Part shown: positions 24,893-33,660 of the stretch, piece after piece
Position numbering within the stretch: position 1 is the first letter of the stretch
How the letters are laid out: each line of letters starts with the position of its first letter
NCBI GenBank assembly: GCA_009918425.1
Contig: RGEC01000001.1
Coordinates: forward strand, 1-41,644
Direction of reading: 5' to 3'
Length of the DNA: 41,644 bases
Origin: Bacteroidota bacterium
GTDB lineage: Bacteria; Bacteroidota; Bacteroidia; NS11-12g; UBA955
The notes under the pieces: model-generated
Database searches by the model: none
What the model was told of the DNA's origin: nothing
What the model saw: only the letters and a program-made list of their open reading frames with translations
Position numbers and translations under genes: made by a program

Positions 24893-26875
24893 TTAAAATA
24901 GGGCTGAAGTCAGGTTGAAAACAACCCATGCGCTTATCCAAGCAAGTACCAGATACGTTGTAAATTGAACCAGCGGCCATTTCCATCCTCCGGTTTCACG
25001 TTTCATCACGGCAATGGTACTCATGCATTGCAAGGCGTAAGCATAAAAAATCATTAGGCTAAGTGCGTAGGGAAGTCCATAAAGTGGTTTTCCGGTTTCC
25101 GGATTTTTGGCTTGTTTCATTACAGCCCTGATAGTTTCAGGGTTGTCAGAATTTCCGCGAAACAGCGTGGCAATAGTACCTACAAACACCTCACGGGCTG
25201 CAAACGAAGAAATGATGGCAATTCCGGTTTTCCAATCGTAACCCAGGGGCTTAATGGCAGGTTCGATGAATTTGCCAAGATGCCCGGCGTAGCTGGCCTC
25301 CAGTCGGGCCTCCTCCAAATCGGTCTTGCGATGCTGTGGCGTGTATTGGCCGGCAGGTAAATTATTGGTAGTTCTGTAAATGTTTGCTTCAGCCATTTCT
25401 ATAGCATCGCCGGGACCGTAGCTGCTGAGTGCCCAAAGTATCAAGGAAATGATTACAATAACCTTGCCTGCTGATGTTACGAAGCTCATGCACTTGTGTG
25501 ACATTTGCAGTATTACGGTTTGCAGCCTTGGAAGCTGGTAGGTGGGCATTTCCAGAATAAATTCGGAAGTTTCGGTGTTTTGGTTTCTTCTTTTGAAAAA
25601 CAGGGAAATGCCAATGGCCGCAATGATACCGGCAAAATATGCCAGGGTCATAATGACACTGCGAAGGCTAAATGGACCAATTCCTGCAGATTCAGGTATG
25701 GCGAGGGATATTAACAGGGTGTAAACCGGCAGACGTGCGCTGCAGCTCATGAGGGGAATTACAAACATTGTGGCCAGCCGTTCGCCTTTGTGTTTGATGC
25801 TTCTGGTGGCCATGATACTGGGAATGGCGCAGGCAAAGCCGCTAATGAGGGGAATTACGGAGCGTCCATTTAGTCCAATTCTGCGCATAACGCGGTCGGT
25901 GATAAAACTGGCGCGGGTCATATATCCGCTATCTTCAAGCAAGCCAATAAACAGGAAAAGTATAGCAATCTGTGGAATGAAAACTACCACGCCGGCTATT
26001 CCCGGTATTAAACCATTGCTGAGCATAGAAGTGAGTGCTCCTGAAGGTAAGGTATCGTTTGTCCAGGCACTTAGCATGGCAAAACCTTGTTCTATCCAGT
26101 TCATCGGGTATTCTGCCAGTGCGAAAACACCCTGAAAGATGGTGAGCATTATAAATGTAAAAATCAAGTAACCGAAAATGCGGTGGGTAAGCCAGTAATC
26201 GAGTTTTTCGCGCAATACATTGCCAGGGGCCGGTTTTTGGCTGACACAGGCAGAAACGATTTTTTCAATGTGTGCGTATCGCGACAGCGTTTCGGCGGCT
26301 ATGCCTTCTCTTTTACTGCTTTTTATATACTCCGACAGACGTTGCTTTGTGTTATTAAATATCTGTAACGTAGAAACCTTTGCTTTATCAAGTGCAGGAA
26401 TGATATTGTCTGTGCCATCGCCTTTTCTGGGATTTATTTTTATTACGGGAACCCCTAATATGTTTTCAAGTTCTTTGGTGTTGATTTCAAGATTTTTCTT
26501 CTGTGCCGTATCATTCATGGTGAGCAATACAGTCATAGGAATATTTAATTCGGCTACTTGGGTGAAAAGAAGCAGGTTTCTGCGCAGATTGGATGCATCG
26601 AGAATAAAAAGAATTTTATTTGGTAAATTACCATGATCCAAACCCAGCAAGGCTTTTACTACTAATTTTTCGTCTTCGGCTTCTGAATACAGGCTGTAAA
26701 TTCCGGGAAGGTCGATTAGGTTGAACTTCTTACCATCGAACTGCCAGGTTCCGTATTTTTTTTCAACGGTAGTACCCGGCAGATTGCTGATTTTTTGTCT
26801 GAGCCCCGTGAGCCTGTTGAAAAGTGTGGATTTACCACAGTTTGGATTTCCTATCAGGGCAATGTTATCAGCCAT
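24893..26875 (-). CDS. feoB: Ferrous iron transporter FeoB
   Basis: Track ORF trimmed to ATG 26875 (MADNIALIGNPNCGKSTLFN). An N-terminal G-domain (G1 GNPNCGKST, DLPG) is followed by about 8-10 TM helices. It overlaps the feoA stop by 8 nt. Confidence 0.92.
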   Translation of the reverse strand: MADNIALIGNPNCGKSTLFNRLTGLRQKISNLPGTTVEKKYGTWQFDGKKFNLIDLPGIYSLYSEAEDEKLVVKALLGLDHGNLPNKILFILDASNLRRNLLLFTQVAELNIPMTVLLTMNDTAQKKNLEINTKELENILGVPVIKINPRKGDGTDNIIPALDKAKVSTLQIFNNTKQRLSEYIKSSKREGIAAETLSRYAHIEKIVSACVSQKPAPGNVLREKLDYWLTHRIFGYLIFTFIMLTIFQGVFALAEYPMNWIEQGFAMLSAWTNDTLPSGALTSMLSNGLIPGIAGVVVFIPQIAILFLFIGLLEDSGYMTRASFITDRVMRRIGLNGRSVIPLISGFACAIPSIMATRSIKHKGERLATMFVIPLMSCSARLPVYTLLISLAIPESAGIGPFSLRSVIMTLAYFAGIIAAIGISLFFKRRNQNTETSEFILEMPTYQLPRLQTVILQMSHKCMSFVTSAGKVIVIISLILWALSSYGPGDAIEMAEANIYRTTNNLPAGQYTPQHRKTDLEEARLEASYAGHLGKFIEPAIKPLGYDWKTGIAIISSFAAREVFVGTIATLFRGNSDNPETIRAVMKQAKNPETGKPLYGLPYALSLMIFYAYALQCMSTIAVMKRETGGWKWPLVQFTTYLVLAWISAWVVFNLTSALF

Positions 26876-27104
26876 GTTTTTTAGTGGGTTCAACAACAAG
26901 CAATTTGGCCTCAGATTTACGCAATCCAAGCAGGTAACCTTCAACATTAAATGCCATGGGATCGCCTGAAGGGGCAGTAAATTCCAGTTTTATCAATGTG
27001 CCGGGTACACAACCCATGGCGGTCAGGCGTTCTTCCTGTGGGGATGAGGACAAGGCAGTGATTTTGGCAGACATGCCGGGTACAAGTTCATCCGCCGTTA
27101 TCAT
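26868..27104 (-). CDS. feoA: Ferrous iron transport protein FeoA
   Basis: 78-aa SH3-like FeoA. L..L..G..A.I pattern (LVPGMSAKITAL), RLTAMGCVPGTLIKL, and the location directly upstream of feoB. Confidence 0.85.
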   Translation of the reverse strand: MITADELVPGMSAKITALSSSPQEERLTAMGCVPGTLIKLEFTAPSGDPMAFNVEGYLLGLRKSEAKLLVVEPTKKHG

Positions 27105-27111
27105 AAGTTTG

Positions 27112-27143
27112 GCAAAAATAGGGTTTAAATTTGGCTTAAACCC
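27112..27143 (-). terminator. Rho-independent terminator after the M1 aminopeptidase gene
   Basis: The minus strand reads GGGTTTAA-gccaaat-TTAAACCC followed by TATTTTT. The stem starts directly after the TAA stop (27144-27146). Confidence 0.6.
27113..27120 (-). promoter_or_regulatory. -7 promoter box TATTTTTG (minus strand) for feoAB
   Basis: Plus-strand CAAAAATA is a perfect TAnnTTTG on the minus strand, ending 8 nt before the feoA ATG (27104). It coincides with the T-tract of the upstream terminator. Confidence 0.45.
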
Positions 27144-29741
27144 TTATTGATTCGCTGCTTTGACCAATTTTTCGGCTACGGAAAACCATGCGGGTTTATC
27201 TTCTTCTGAATATACCTCTAGTGCAGGTTTTATGATGCCTGCGGCTATTTTAAGCATGGATTTATTTTCTTTTCGGGTAAGCGCTTCGGCTATAAATTCC
27301 ATTTGCTGGGTTTTTGTAAAATCATTGACATTCATGGCTGCGGCTCCAAAAAACCAGTTTGAGAATACATTCTCAAAACACGCCAACCCGGCTTTGGGGT
27401 TTTTCTGCAGTAAAAGCATGTATTTCAAGGGTTCTGTGCCTGAATCCTGCTCCATCCATTTTTTCATCCATTTTGCGGCAATGGCTTTGGTTGCATATTG
27501 GGATGCAAAACGGGCTGTATCTGCAAACTGTTCTTTCCATTCTATGTAGTTTATTGCATTCAATGCCACTTTTGGGCTGGGATCTGAGGTGAGACGGGGT
27601 AAAATTCCTGAGCTGAATGTTGGGAACCGATATTCTAAAGCAGTTAGAGCCTTTTCTCTTACATCTGAATCAAAATTGCCGAAAATAATGCGATGCAGGT
27701 TGTTTTTAATAGCATTGCTATCATTGAATGTGCGGTATGTACAATGATCAAGTACAGTGTTTAACAGGGGGCTCCAGTTTGATTGCAGCGCGGCAATGAC
27801 AATGCTGTCCGCAGTTTCGTTCAGTTCTGAATCATTGTCAGGGAAAAGTGCGACAGCACGGTCGAATACTGCAAGCTGTAATGCCGGGTTGTTTAGTGTC
27901 TGCATTGCCTTTTGTAAGGTCTCCAATGGGTTGGGAGCCTCACCTTCATTGGGATAATTTATTTTGCACAGCAACTGATTATCGGGGTCTAGGAGCCAGA
28001 ATTTGGGTTGTTCCGACAGCGGAAAAGTGAAGGATTGATTTCTTTTATTGATAACTACAGGTTGAATATGTGTTTTGCCCTTTATTGTAAATAGAATTTT
28101 GGTTTTCAATACATATGTATTTCGATGGTTTTGTGTTTGATCAATATCAAATCGAATGGTTTTATTGATTGAATCCCATGATGATGATACATTTATTTCG
28201 GGCTGGTTTCCGGTAAAATACCACTGATTAAAAAATGGGTGTAAGTCTCTTCCGGTAACGGCTTCCATGGCCAGTCTCAGATGATCTACTTCGGCAGCGC
28301 GAAAACGATTGTCAGTGAGGTATTTTTTCATTCCTTCCCTAAAGGCTGCGTCCCCAATTTCTTGTCTGAGCATGTGGAGAATCAATGCTCCTTTCTGGTA
28401 GCTTACCACATCAAATACGTCATCGTAACGGTGATACTGGTAACGCACCAGTTTTTTATCGGCACCGCCCATAACGTCATTTAGCCGGGTATACAATCTG
28501 AATTCTTCCAGCAATTCATCAGCTTTTGCCTTGCCGTACTTGTGTTCGCGCCAAAGGTATTCGCCATAGGTAGCAAAGCTCTCATTGAGGGTGATGTTGC
28601 TCCAGCTTTCTGCGGTAACCAGGTCTCCGAACCAATGGTGAAAAAGCTCGTGACTCACATAATCCTCGTAGGTTTCATCCCTGTACTCTTCTTCGGTAGT
28701 TTGTAGATTTTCCATGTGTACGGTGGCGCTGGTGTTTTCCATGGCGCCGCTCACAAAATCGCGCACCACAACCTGGCTGTATTTATCCCATGGGAAATCC
28801 ACGCCGGTGTATGTGCTGAAAAACTCCATCATTTCGGGGGTTTTGCCAAAAATCTGTTTGGCACGCGATGCATAGAGCTTCTCTACCAGGTAGGTAACAG
28901 GTTTATCGCGCCATTTGTCCTGTATTTCGGCCCAGTCGCCAATGGCCATCATTGCCAGATAAGGTGCATGGGGCAGTTTTTGTTCCCAGCAATCGGTGCG
29001 GGTGCCGCTGTTGTTTTTTTGGATTGAAATTTTGAGCCCGTTGCTTAGGGATACCATGCTGTCCGGAATGGTCATGCAGATACGCTGGGTCATTTTCTGG
29101 TTGGGTGCATCGATGGTGGGAAACCATCGGCTGTTACTTTCGGTTTCACCCTGGGTCCATATCTGGCGCGGTTTGAGCGGGTCTGAGCCATCGGGATTGA
29201 TGAAGTAAAGGCCACGGTCCTGGGTAATTGCCGAGCCACCTTCAACCTCAGCTGCATAGGGTTTTGCCGTATATTTTATTCTCAGATTTGCTATCGGGTT
29301 CGCCGATGTGAAGGTAATGCCCGGTTTGATGACCAGTTTGAGACTATCCGGATATGTGAAGTTGGCAGTTTGCCAATTGCCATTAAGTTTGATTTGCACA
29401 GATTCTATGTCCATATTTTTGGCATCGAGTACAATGCTGTCGGTTTCATAGAAATGCAATTTCATGGTGATTTCTGCCTCGCCATTCAGTTGTTTTTTTG
29501 CGAAATCGAAGCTTACATACAGGTTGGTATGTTGCAGGTCCCAGTCGCTGTAGCGCGCTGCTCGGTAATTTGAAGGCAGAATTTCATTTTCGCCTGTCCA
29601 GTCTGGCCAGGTGGCATCCATAACTGCGATTGCAGTATCTACAGCTGCGCTGTCTACTGCCCATTCATAGCTGTTCTTGCGAAAAACGCTGCATTCGGTT
29701 AAGGTGGCAATTGAGAGAAGTATCAGAATTGTTTTTTTCAT
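27144..29741 (-). CDS. M1-family zinc metallopeptidase (aminopeptidase N-like) lipoprotein
   Basis: 865 aa. Signal/lipobox MKKTILILLSIATLTEC. Exopeptidase motif GAMEN (SGAMENTS). Zinc site HELFHHWFGD plus LNESFA glutamate. Long helical C-terminal domain. Confidence 0.9.
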   Translation of the reverse strand: MKKTILILLSIATLTECSVFRKNSYEWAVDSAAVDTAIAVMDATWPDWTGENEILPSNYRAARYSDWDLQHTNLYVSFDFAKKQLNGEAEITMKLHFYETDSIVLDAKNMDIESVQIKLNGNWQTANFTYPDSLKLVIKPGITFTSANPIANLRIKYTAKPYAAEVEGGSAITQDRGLYFINPDGSDPLKPRQIWTQGETESNSRWFPTIDAPNQKMTQRICMTIPDSMVSLSNGLKISIQKNNSGTRTDCWEQKLPHAPYLAMMAIGDWAEIQDKWRDKPVTYLVEKLYASRAKQIFGKTPEMMEFFSTYTGVDFPWDKYSQVVVRDFVSGAMENTSATVHMENLQTTEEEYRDETYEDYVSHELFHHWFGDLVTAESWSNITLNESFATYGEYLWREHKYGKAKADELLEEFRLYTRLNDVMGGADKKLVRYQYHRYDDVFDVVSYQKGALILHMLRQEIGDAAFREGMKKYLTDNRFRAAEVDHLRLAMEAVTGRDLHPFFNQWYFTGNQPEINVSSSWDSINKTIRFDIDQTQNHRNTYVLKTKILFTIKGKTHIQPVVINKRNQSFTFPLSEQPKFWLLDPDNQLLCKINYPNEGEAPNPLETLQKAMQTLNNPALQLAVFDRAVALFPDNDSELNETADSIVIAALQSNWSPLLNTVLDHCTYRTFNDSNAIKNNLHRIIFGNFDSDVREKALTALEYRFPTFSSGILPRLTSDPSPKVALNAINYIEWKEQFADTARFASQYATKAIAAKWMKKWMEQDSGTEPLKYMLLLQKNPKAGLACFENVFSNWFFGAAAMNVNDFTKTQQMEFIAEALTRKENKSMLKIAAGIIKPALEVYSEEDKPAWFSVAEKLVKAANQ

Positions 29742-29742
29742 T

Positions 29743-30492
29743 TTAATTTTCTTGTTTGAATATGTTCCAGGCTTTTTCTGCCTGCTTATGAAGCATAATC
29801 ATACCGTTAAACGCCTTAGCACCGTAGTTTGTTGCTTTTTCCATGAATAGTGTTGATTCCGGATTGTAGACCAGATCAATAACAATGTGACTGGAAGATA
29901 TGTATTGAAAGGGAATAGGCGGGAAGGATTCAGTATTAGGGTGCATGCCCAGCGGGGTGGTATTGATGACAAGCAGGTGAGATCTTAATATTTCATAGTC
30001 GATATCAGCATAACTTATGTGGTATTTGTTAGGATTGCGGCTCACGACCGTGTAGCGAATGCCTCGTTTTTTCAGTACGTGGCAAACAGCTTTTGCGGCA
30101 CCGCCGGAACCCAATACCAGGGCTTTTTCTGTTTTTTCTGCTTTGGCTGAAATAAGCAATGCTTCAAATCCGTATGTGTCTGTATTGTAACCGATCAACT
30201 TGATTTTATCGTCTTGTCGACGAATGCTGATGGTGTTTACAGCTCCCAATTCTAGGGCATCCGGTGCGATATAATCCAGCAGTGGTAAGATGTCAGTTTT
30301 GTAGGGGATGGTAACATTCAGTCCCAACAGCGTGGGCTGATTTTCAATTAATTTCGTCAATTTGTTAATATGGGACAATGGGAAAAGGCGGTATTCCCAG
30401 TCTACTAAGTTTTCTTGGCGAAAAATATCAGCAAACAACTCCGGAGATTTGCTATGGCCCAGGGGGGTGCCAATGAGGCCCAGCAATGGCAT
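29743..30492 (-). CDS. aroE: Shikimate dehydrogenase
   Basis: 249 aa. GLIGTPLGHSKSPELF, GLNVTIPYK, NTD..G, LVLGSGGAAKAV Rossmann motif. Confidence 0.85.
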   Translation of the reverse strand: MPLLGLIGTPLGHSKSPELFADIFRQENLVDWEYRLFPLSHINKLTKLIENQPTLLGLNVTIPYKTDILPLLDYIAPDALELGAVNTISIRRQDDKIKLIGYNTDTYGFEALLISAKAEKTEKALVLGSGGAAKAVCHVLKKRGIRYTVVSRNPNKYHISYADIDYEILRSHLLVINTTPLGMHPNTESFPPIPFQYISSSHIVIDLVYNPESTLFMEKATNYGAKAFNGMIMLHKQAEKAWNIFKQEN

Positions 30493-30494
30493 GG

Positions 30495-31145
30495 TTATTT
30501 AGCGAATTTCGATTTGAGGGCCTGAAAAATCATGGGTAGTATGGAGATGAAGATAATACCTAGCACTACTTTTTCAAAGTTTTTCATCACCCACTCGTTA
30601 CTGCCCAGCAAATAACCTGCAATGCTGATGCTGCATACCCAAAGAACGGCTCCTGAAATACAGTATCCAATAAATTTACGGTAACCCATGGTTCCCAGTC
30701 CGGCCGCAAATGGAGCGAATGTGCGCACAATGGGAACGAAGCGAGCCATGATGAGGGTTTTGCCGCCGTGTTTTTCATAAAATGCGTGGGTTTTGTCGAG
30801 GTATTCCCTTTTCAGTAATTTCCATTTAAGGTCAAAAATGCGCACACCGATTCTGCTGCCAATAAAATAGTTGGTATTGTCACCCAGCAGTGCAGCAAAA
30901 ATCAACAGGGGGATGAGGACGAAAATACTAAAATCATTGGCCGGATTGGCGGCCAGGGCACCGGCTGCAAAAAGCAGCGAATCACCAGGTAGTAATGGCA
31001 TAACTACCAGTCCGGTTTCAACAAATACTATCAAAAAAAGGATGGCATACAGCCAGTTCCCATATTCCCGGATCCACACATTCAGATAATCATTGAGGTG
31101 GGTGATGAAATGCAGTCCGTCTGCAAGGATATTTAAAACAATCAT
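30495..31145 (-). CDS. DedA-family inner membrane protein
   Basis: 216 aa. VFVETGLVVMPLLPGDSLLFAAGALAA and FVPIVRTFAPFAAG are hallmark DedA/SNARE-associated motifs. Confidence 0.85.
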   Translation of the reverse strand: MIVLNILADGLHFITHLNDYLNVWIREYGNWLYAILFLIVFVETGLVVMPLLPGDSLLFAAGALAANPANDFSIFVLIPLLIFAALLGDNTNYFIGSRIGVRIFDLKWKLLKREYLDKTHAFYEKHGGKTLIMARFVPIVRTFAPFAAGLGTMGYRKFIGYCISGAVLWVCSISIAGYLLGSNEWVMKNFEKVVLGIIFISILPMIFQALKSKFAK

Positions 31146-31193
31146 TGGTACTGCAATTTTACTTCAAATTGATGGTTTATTGTATAGGAGGTG

Positions 31194-31201
31194 TATTTTT
31201 G
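31194..31201 (+). promoter_or_regulatory. -7 promoter box TATTTTTG
   Basis: Perfect TAnnTTTG, ending 4 nt before the ATG at 31206 of the small lipoprotein ORF. Confidence 0.45.
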
Positions 31202-31205
31202 AATA

Positions 31206-31328
31206 ATGAAATTCAGAATTGCATTGCTTATTTTGGTTTTAGCAGTAGCCAATGCGGGTTGCAAAGCTATACAGGGTAAGCAACCCAAAAAACCCAGGGC
31301 CAAATCGGGCTGTAACTGCGGGTTTTGA
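31206..31328 (+). CDS. Small (40 aa) basic lipoprotein, below the ORF-track size cutoff
   Basis: Hand translation gives MKFRIALLILVLAVANAGCKAIQGKQPKKPRAKSGCNCGF, then TGA. It has a classic n-h-c signal with a lipobox Cys19. The predicted mature 22-mer carries 6 Lys/Arg and a C-terminal CxC. Its own -7 box has the same 4-nt spacing seen at other genes here. Confidence 0.45.
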   Translation: MKFRIALLILVLAVANAGCKAIQGKQPKKPRAKSGCNCGF

Positions 31329-31369
31329 GGAAAGTTTGTATAATGTTTGTATTTTATTTGTTTTTTGTT

Positions 31370-31377
31370 TAGATTTG
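31370..31377 (+). promoter_or_regulatory. -7 promoter box TAGATTTG
   Basis: Perfect TAnnTTTG, ending 12 nt before the ATG at 31390. Confidence 0.4.
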
Positions 31378-31389
31378 TGGGTGGGAAAA

Positions 31390-32211
31390 ATGAAATATCC
31401 GGAATTAGAAAAGGGAATGTTTCATGGACTGCACAAAGCGGTTCAGGAGCGAACCGGTATTTCTTTGCCTGTGATACATGCTGCACTGACTGAGCAGGAT
31501 GACCGTTCTGAGAAGAAGTTGCAGGCCATCCGTGTGGCTCTTGAAATCATCCGGGAGCGGGGAATGGTTGCTGAGGATGAATATTGTGATACCAATCTAA
31601 ATAACCCAACCGTGAGTGAGCCGGTTGCAGAATATGCCATGCTGGATCTTCAAAAAGCATATACTTACTGGGATTATCTGAAATGGACCTTCTTAGAACG
31701 TGTTGAGCTTATTCGCGGAAAGGTAGTGAAAATGTGCCCGGCACCCAGCCGAAATCATCAGCTGGTAGTGAGGGTGGTGAATCGGTATTTTGATCAGTAC
31801 TTTATTGATAAACCCTGTGGATTGTTTTACGCACCTTTTGATGTTCGGTTGCCTGTGCCCGGCGCCAGAAAAGACAGCACCGTTGTTCAGCCTGATTTGA
31901 CGGTTATTTGCGATTTAAGCAAGGTGGATGAGAGGGGTTGTTTTGGAGTCCCTGATATATTGGTTGAAATTCTATCTCCCGGTAATTCGCGCCACGATAT
32001 GAACGTAAAATTTAAATTGTATGAGGCAAGCGGAGTAAAGGAATACTGGATAATTCAGCCGCAGGAGCGCAGTATTTTAATCTACGTTCTTGAAAACAAT
32101 AAATACGTTGGTTTGCCACCATTTACAGAAGGAACAGAAGCTTTTGGACGGTTGTTTCCGAATCTGATACTGCCTGTAGATGCGGTCTTTGAATATCTTC
32201 CTTCTGAATAG
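31390..32211 (+). CDS. Uma2-family (DUF820) PD-(D/E)xK endonuclease with ~85-aa N-terminal extension
   Basis: Track ORF 31252 trimmed to ATG 31390 (MKYPELEKG). The Uma2 core spans YTYWDYLKW ... ELIRGKVVKMCPAPSRNHQ ... QPDLTVICD ... PDILVEILSPGNSRHDMNVKFKLYEASGVKEYWIIQPQ. The true start could also be an internal Met (MVAEDEY or MLDLQKAY). Confidence 0.75.
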   Translation: MKYPELEKGMFHGLHKAVQERTGISLPVIHAALTEQDDRSEKKLQAIRVALEIIRERGMVAEDEYCDTNLNNPTVSEPVAEYAMLDLQKAYTYWDYLKWTFLERVELIRGKVVKMCPAPSRNHQLVVRVVNRYFDQYFIDKPCGLFYAPFDVRLPVPGARKDSTVVQPDLTVICDLSKVDERGCFGVPDILVEILSPGNSRHDMNVKFKLYEASGVKEYWIIQPQERSILIYVLENNKYVGLPPFTEGTEAFGRLFPNLILPVDAVFEYLPSE

Positions 32212-32254
32212 CATTATTCTGTTTAACAATCAACAAATAATGATATATTTTCAG

Positions 32255-32262
32255 TAATTTTG
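32255..32262 (+). promoter_or_regulatory. -7 promoter box TAATTTTG
   Basis: Perfect TAnnTTTG, ending 16 nt before the ahcY ATG (32279). Confidence 0.5.
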
Positions 32263-32278
32263 CACCCCGATTTATAAC

Positions 32279-33595
32279 ATGACGACAGAAACCACTTCAT
32301 ATCTTCCTTACAAAGTAAAAGATATCACGCTGGCCGAATGGGGCCGCAAAGAAATCCGCATGGCCGAGGCCGAAATGCCCGGTCTGATGGCTATCCGTGA
32401 AGAATATCGTGGCAGTCAGCCACTCAAAGGTGCTCGCGTAGCAGGCTGTTTGCACATGACAATACAGACAGCTGTTCTCATTGAGACCCTCAAAGAACTG
32501 GGTGCTGATGTAACCTGGAGTTCGTGCAATATATTCTCTACTCAGGATCATGCCGCTGCTGCCATTGCTGCCGCAGGAATCCCCGTATATGCGTGGAAAG
32601 GTATGACCGAGGAAGAGTACGAATGGTGCATAGAGCAAACTTTGTACTTTGGTCCTGATCGTCAGCCACTGAACATGATTTTAGATGATGGCGGCGATCT
32701 TACCAATGTTGTTCTTGATAAATATCCTCATTTGGCTGCCGGTATCAAAGGCATCAGCGAAGAAACTACTACGGGCGTACATCGCCTTTATGAGCGCGTT
32801 ACCAAAGGTACTTTGCCCATGCCTGCGATCAATGTGAATGACAGCGTTACCAAGAGTAAGTTTGACAACAAATACGGTTGTAAAGAATCGTTGGTGGATG
32901 CCATTCGCCGCGCCACCGATGTAATGTTAGCAGGTAAAGTAGCTGTAGTTTGTGGTTACGGTGATGTAGGAAAAGGCAGTGCCGACAGCCTTCGTGGTGC
33001 CGGTGCCCGTGTAATCGTTACCGAGATCGATCCCATCTGCGCTCTTCAGGCCGCTATGGACGGATACGAGGTTAGAACGCTGGAAAATGCCATACCACGT
33101 GCCAATATCGTGGTTACCGCTACAGGTAACTGTCAGATTGTGACGGATAGGCACTTCAAACTGATGAATGACAAAACCATCGTTTGCAACATTGGCCACT
33201 TCGACAATGAAATTGATATCGCCTGGCTGAACAGTAACTACGGTAGCACCAAATACACCATCAAGCCTCAGGTTGATGTATACAACATCGATGGAAGGGA
33301 AGTGATTGTGCTGGCTGAAGGCCGCCTGGTAAATCTGGGATGTGCAATGGGTCACCCCAGTTTTGTAATGAGCAACAGCTTTACCAATCAGACGCTTGCG
33401 CAGATTGAATTGTGGAACAACCACAGCAACTACGACAACAAAGTGTATGTGCTTCCTAAGCATCTCGACGAGAAAGTAGCACGCCTGCATTTGGCTCATA
33501 TCGGTGCGGAACTTACCGAACTCACTACAGAGCAGGCCGATTACATTGGCGTTTCCGTGCAGGGTCCGTTCAAGAAAGATCAATATCGCTATTAA
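32279..33595 (+). CDS. ahcY: Adenosylhomocysteinase (S-adenosyl-L-homocysteine hydrolase)
   Basis: 438 aa. [115 protein letters not shown]. Confidence 0.95.
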   Translation: MTTETTSYLPYKVKDITLAEWGRKEIRMAEAEMPGLMAIREEYRGSQPLKGARVAGCLHMTIQTAVLIETLKELGADVTWSSCNIFSTQDHAAAAIAAAGIPVYAWKGMTEEEYEWCIEQTLYFGPDRQPLNMILDDGGDLTNVVLDKYPHLAAGIKGISEETTTGVHRLYERVTKGTLPMPAINVNDSVTKSKFDNKYGCKESLVDAIRRATDVMLAGKVAVVCGYGDVGKGSADSLRGAGARVIVTEIDPICALQAAMDGYEVRTLENAIPRANIVVTATGNCQIVTDRHFKLMNDKTIVCNIGHFDNEIDIAWLNSNYGSTKYTIKPQVDVYNIDGREVIVLAEGRLVNLGCAMGHPSFVMSNSFTNQTLAQIELWNNHSNYDNKVYVLPKHLDEKVARLHLAHIGAELTELTTEQADYIGVSVQGPFKKDQYRY

Positions 33596-33614
33596 AATTC
33601 TGAGTAATTAAAAG

Positions 33615-33643
33615 AAAAGCCATCTGAGAGGATGGCTTTTTTG
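33615..33643 (+). terminator. Rho-independent terminator after ahcY
   Basis: AAAAGCCATC-tgagag-GATGGCTTTTTT, 20 nt after the stop. Confidence 0.8.
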
Positions 33644-33647
33644 TTGC

Positions 33648-33655
33648 TACTTTTG
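33648..33655 (+). promoter_or_regulatory. -7 promoter box TACTTTTG
   Basis: Perfect TAnnTTTG, ending 5 nt before the ATG at 33661 and directly after the ahcY terminator. Confidence 0.5.
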
Positions 33656-33660
33656 CGCCA

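Noticed and set aside
31142-31486. A 114-aa minus-strand ORF spanning the dedA-Uma2 intergenic region.
   Set aside because: It has no promoter box and overlaps dedA, the small lipoprotein ORF and the Uma2 start. Its composition looks like translated AT-rich spacer. The plus-strand 40-aa lipoprotein ORF explains the region better.
32212-32278. A possible SAH riboswitch or other leader upstream of ahcY.
   Set aside because: Only 67 nt are available, the region is AT-rich, and I could not find the conserved GC-rich pseudoknot stems. It contains just a TAATTTTG promoter box 16 nt from the ATG.
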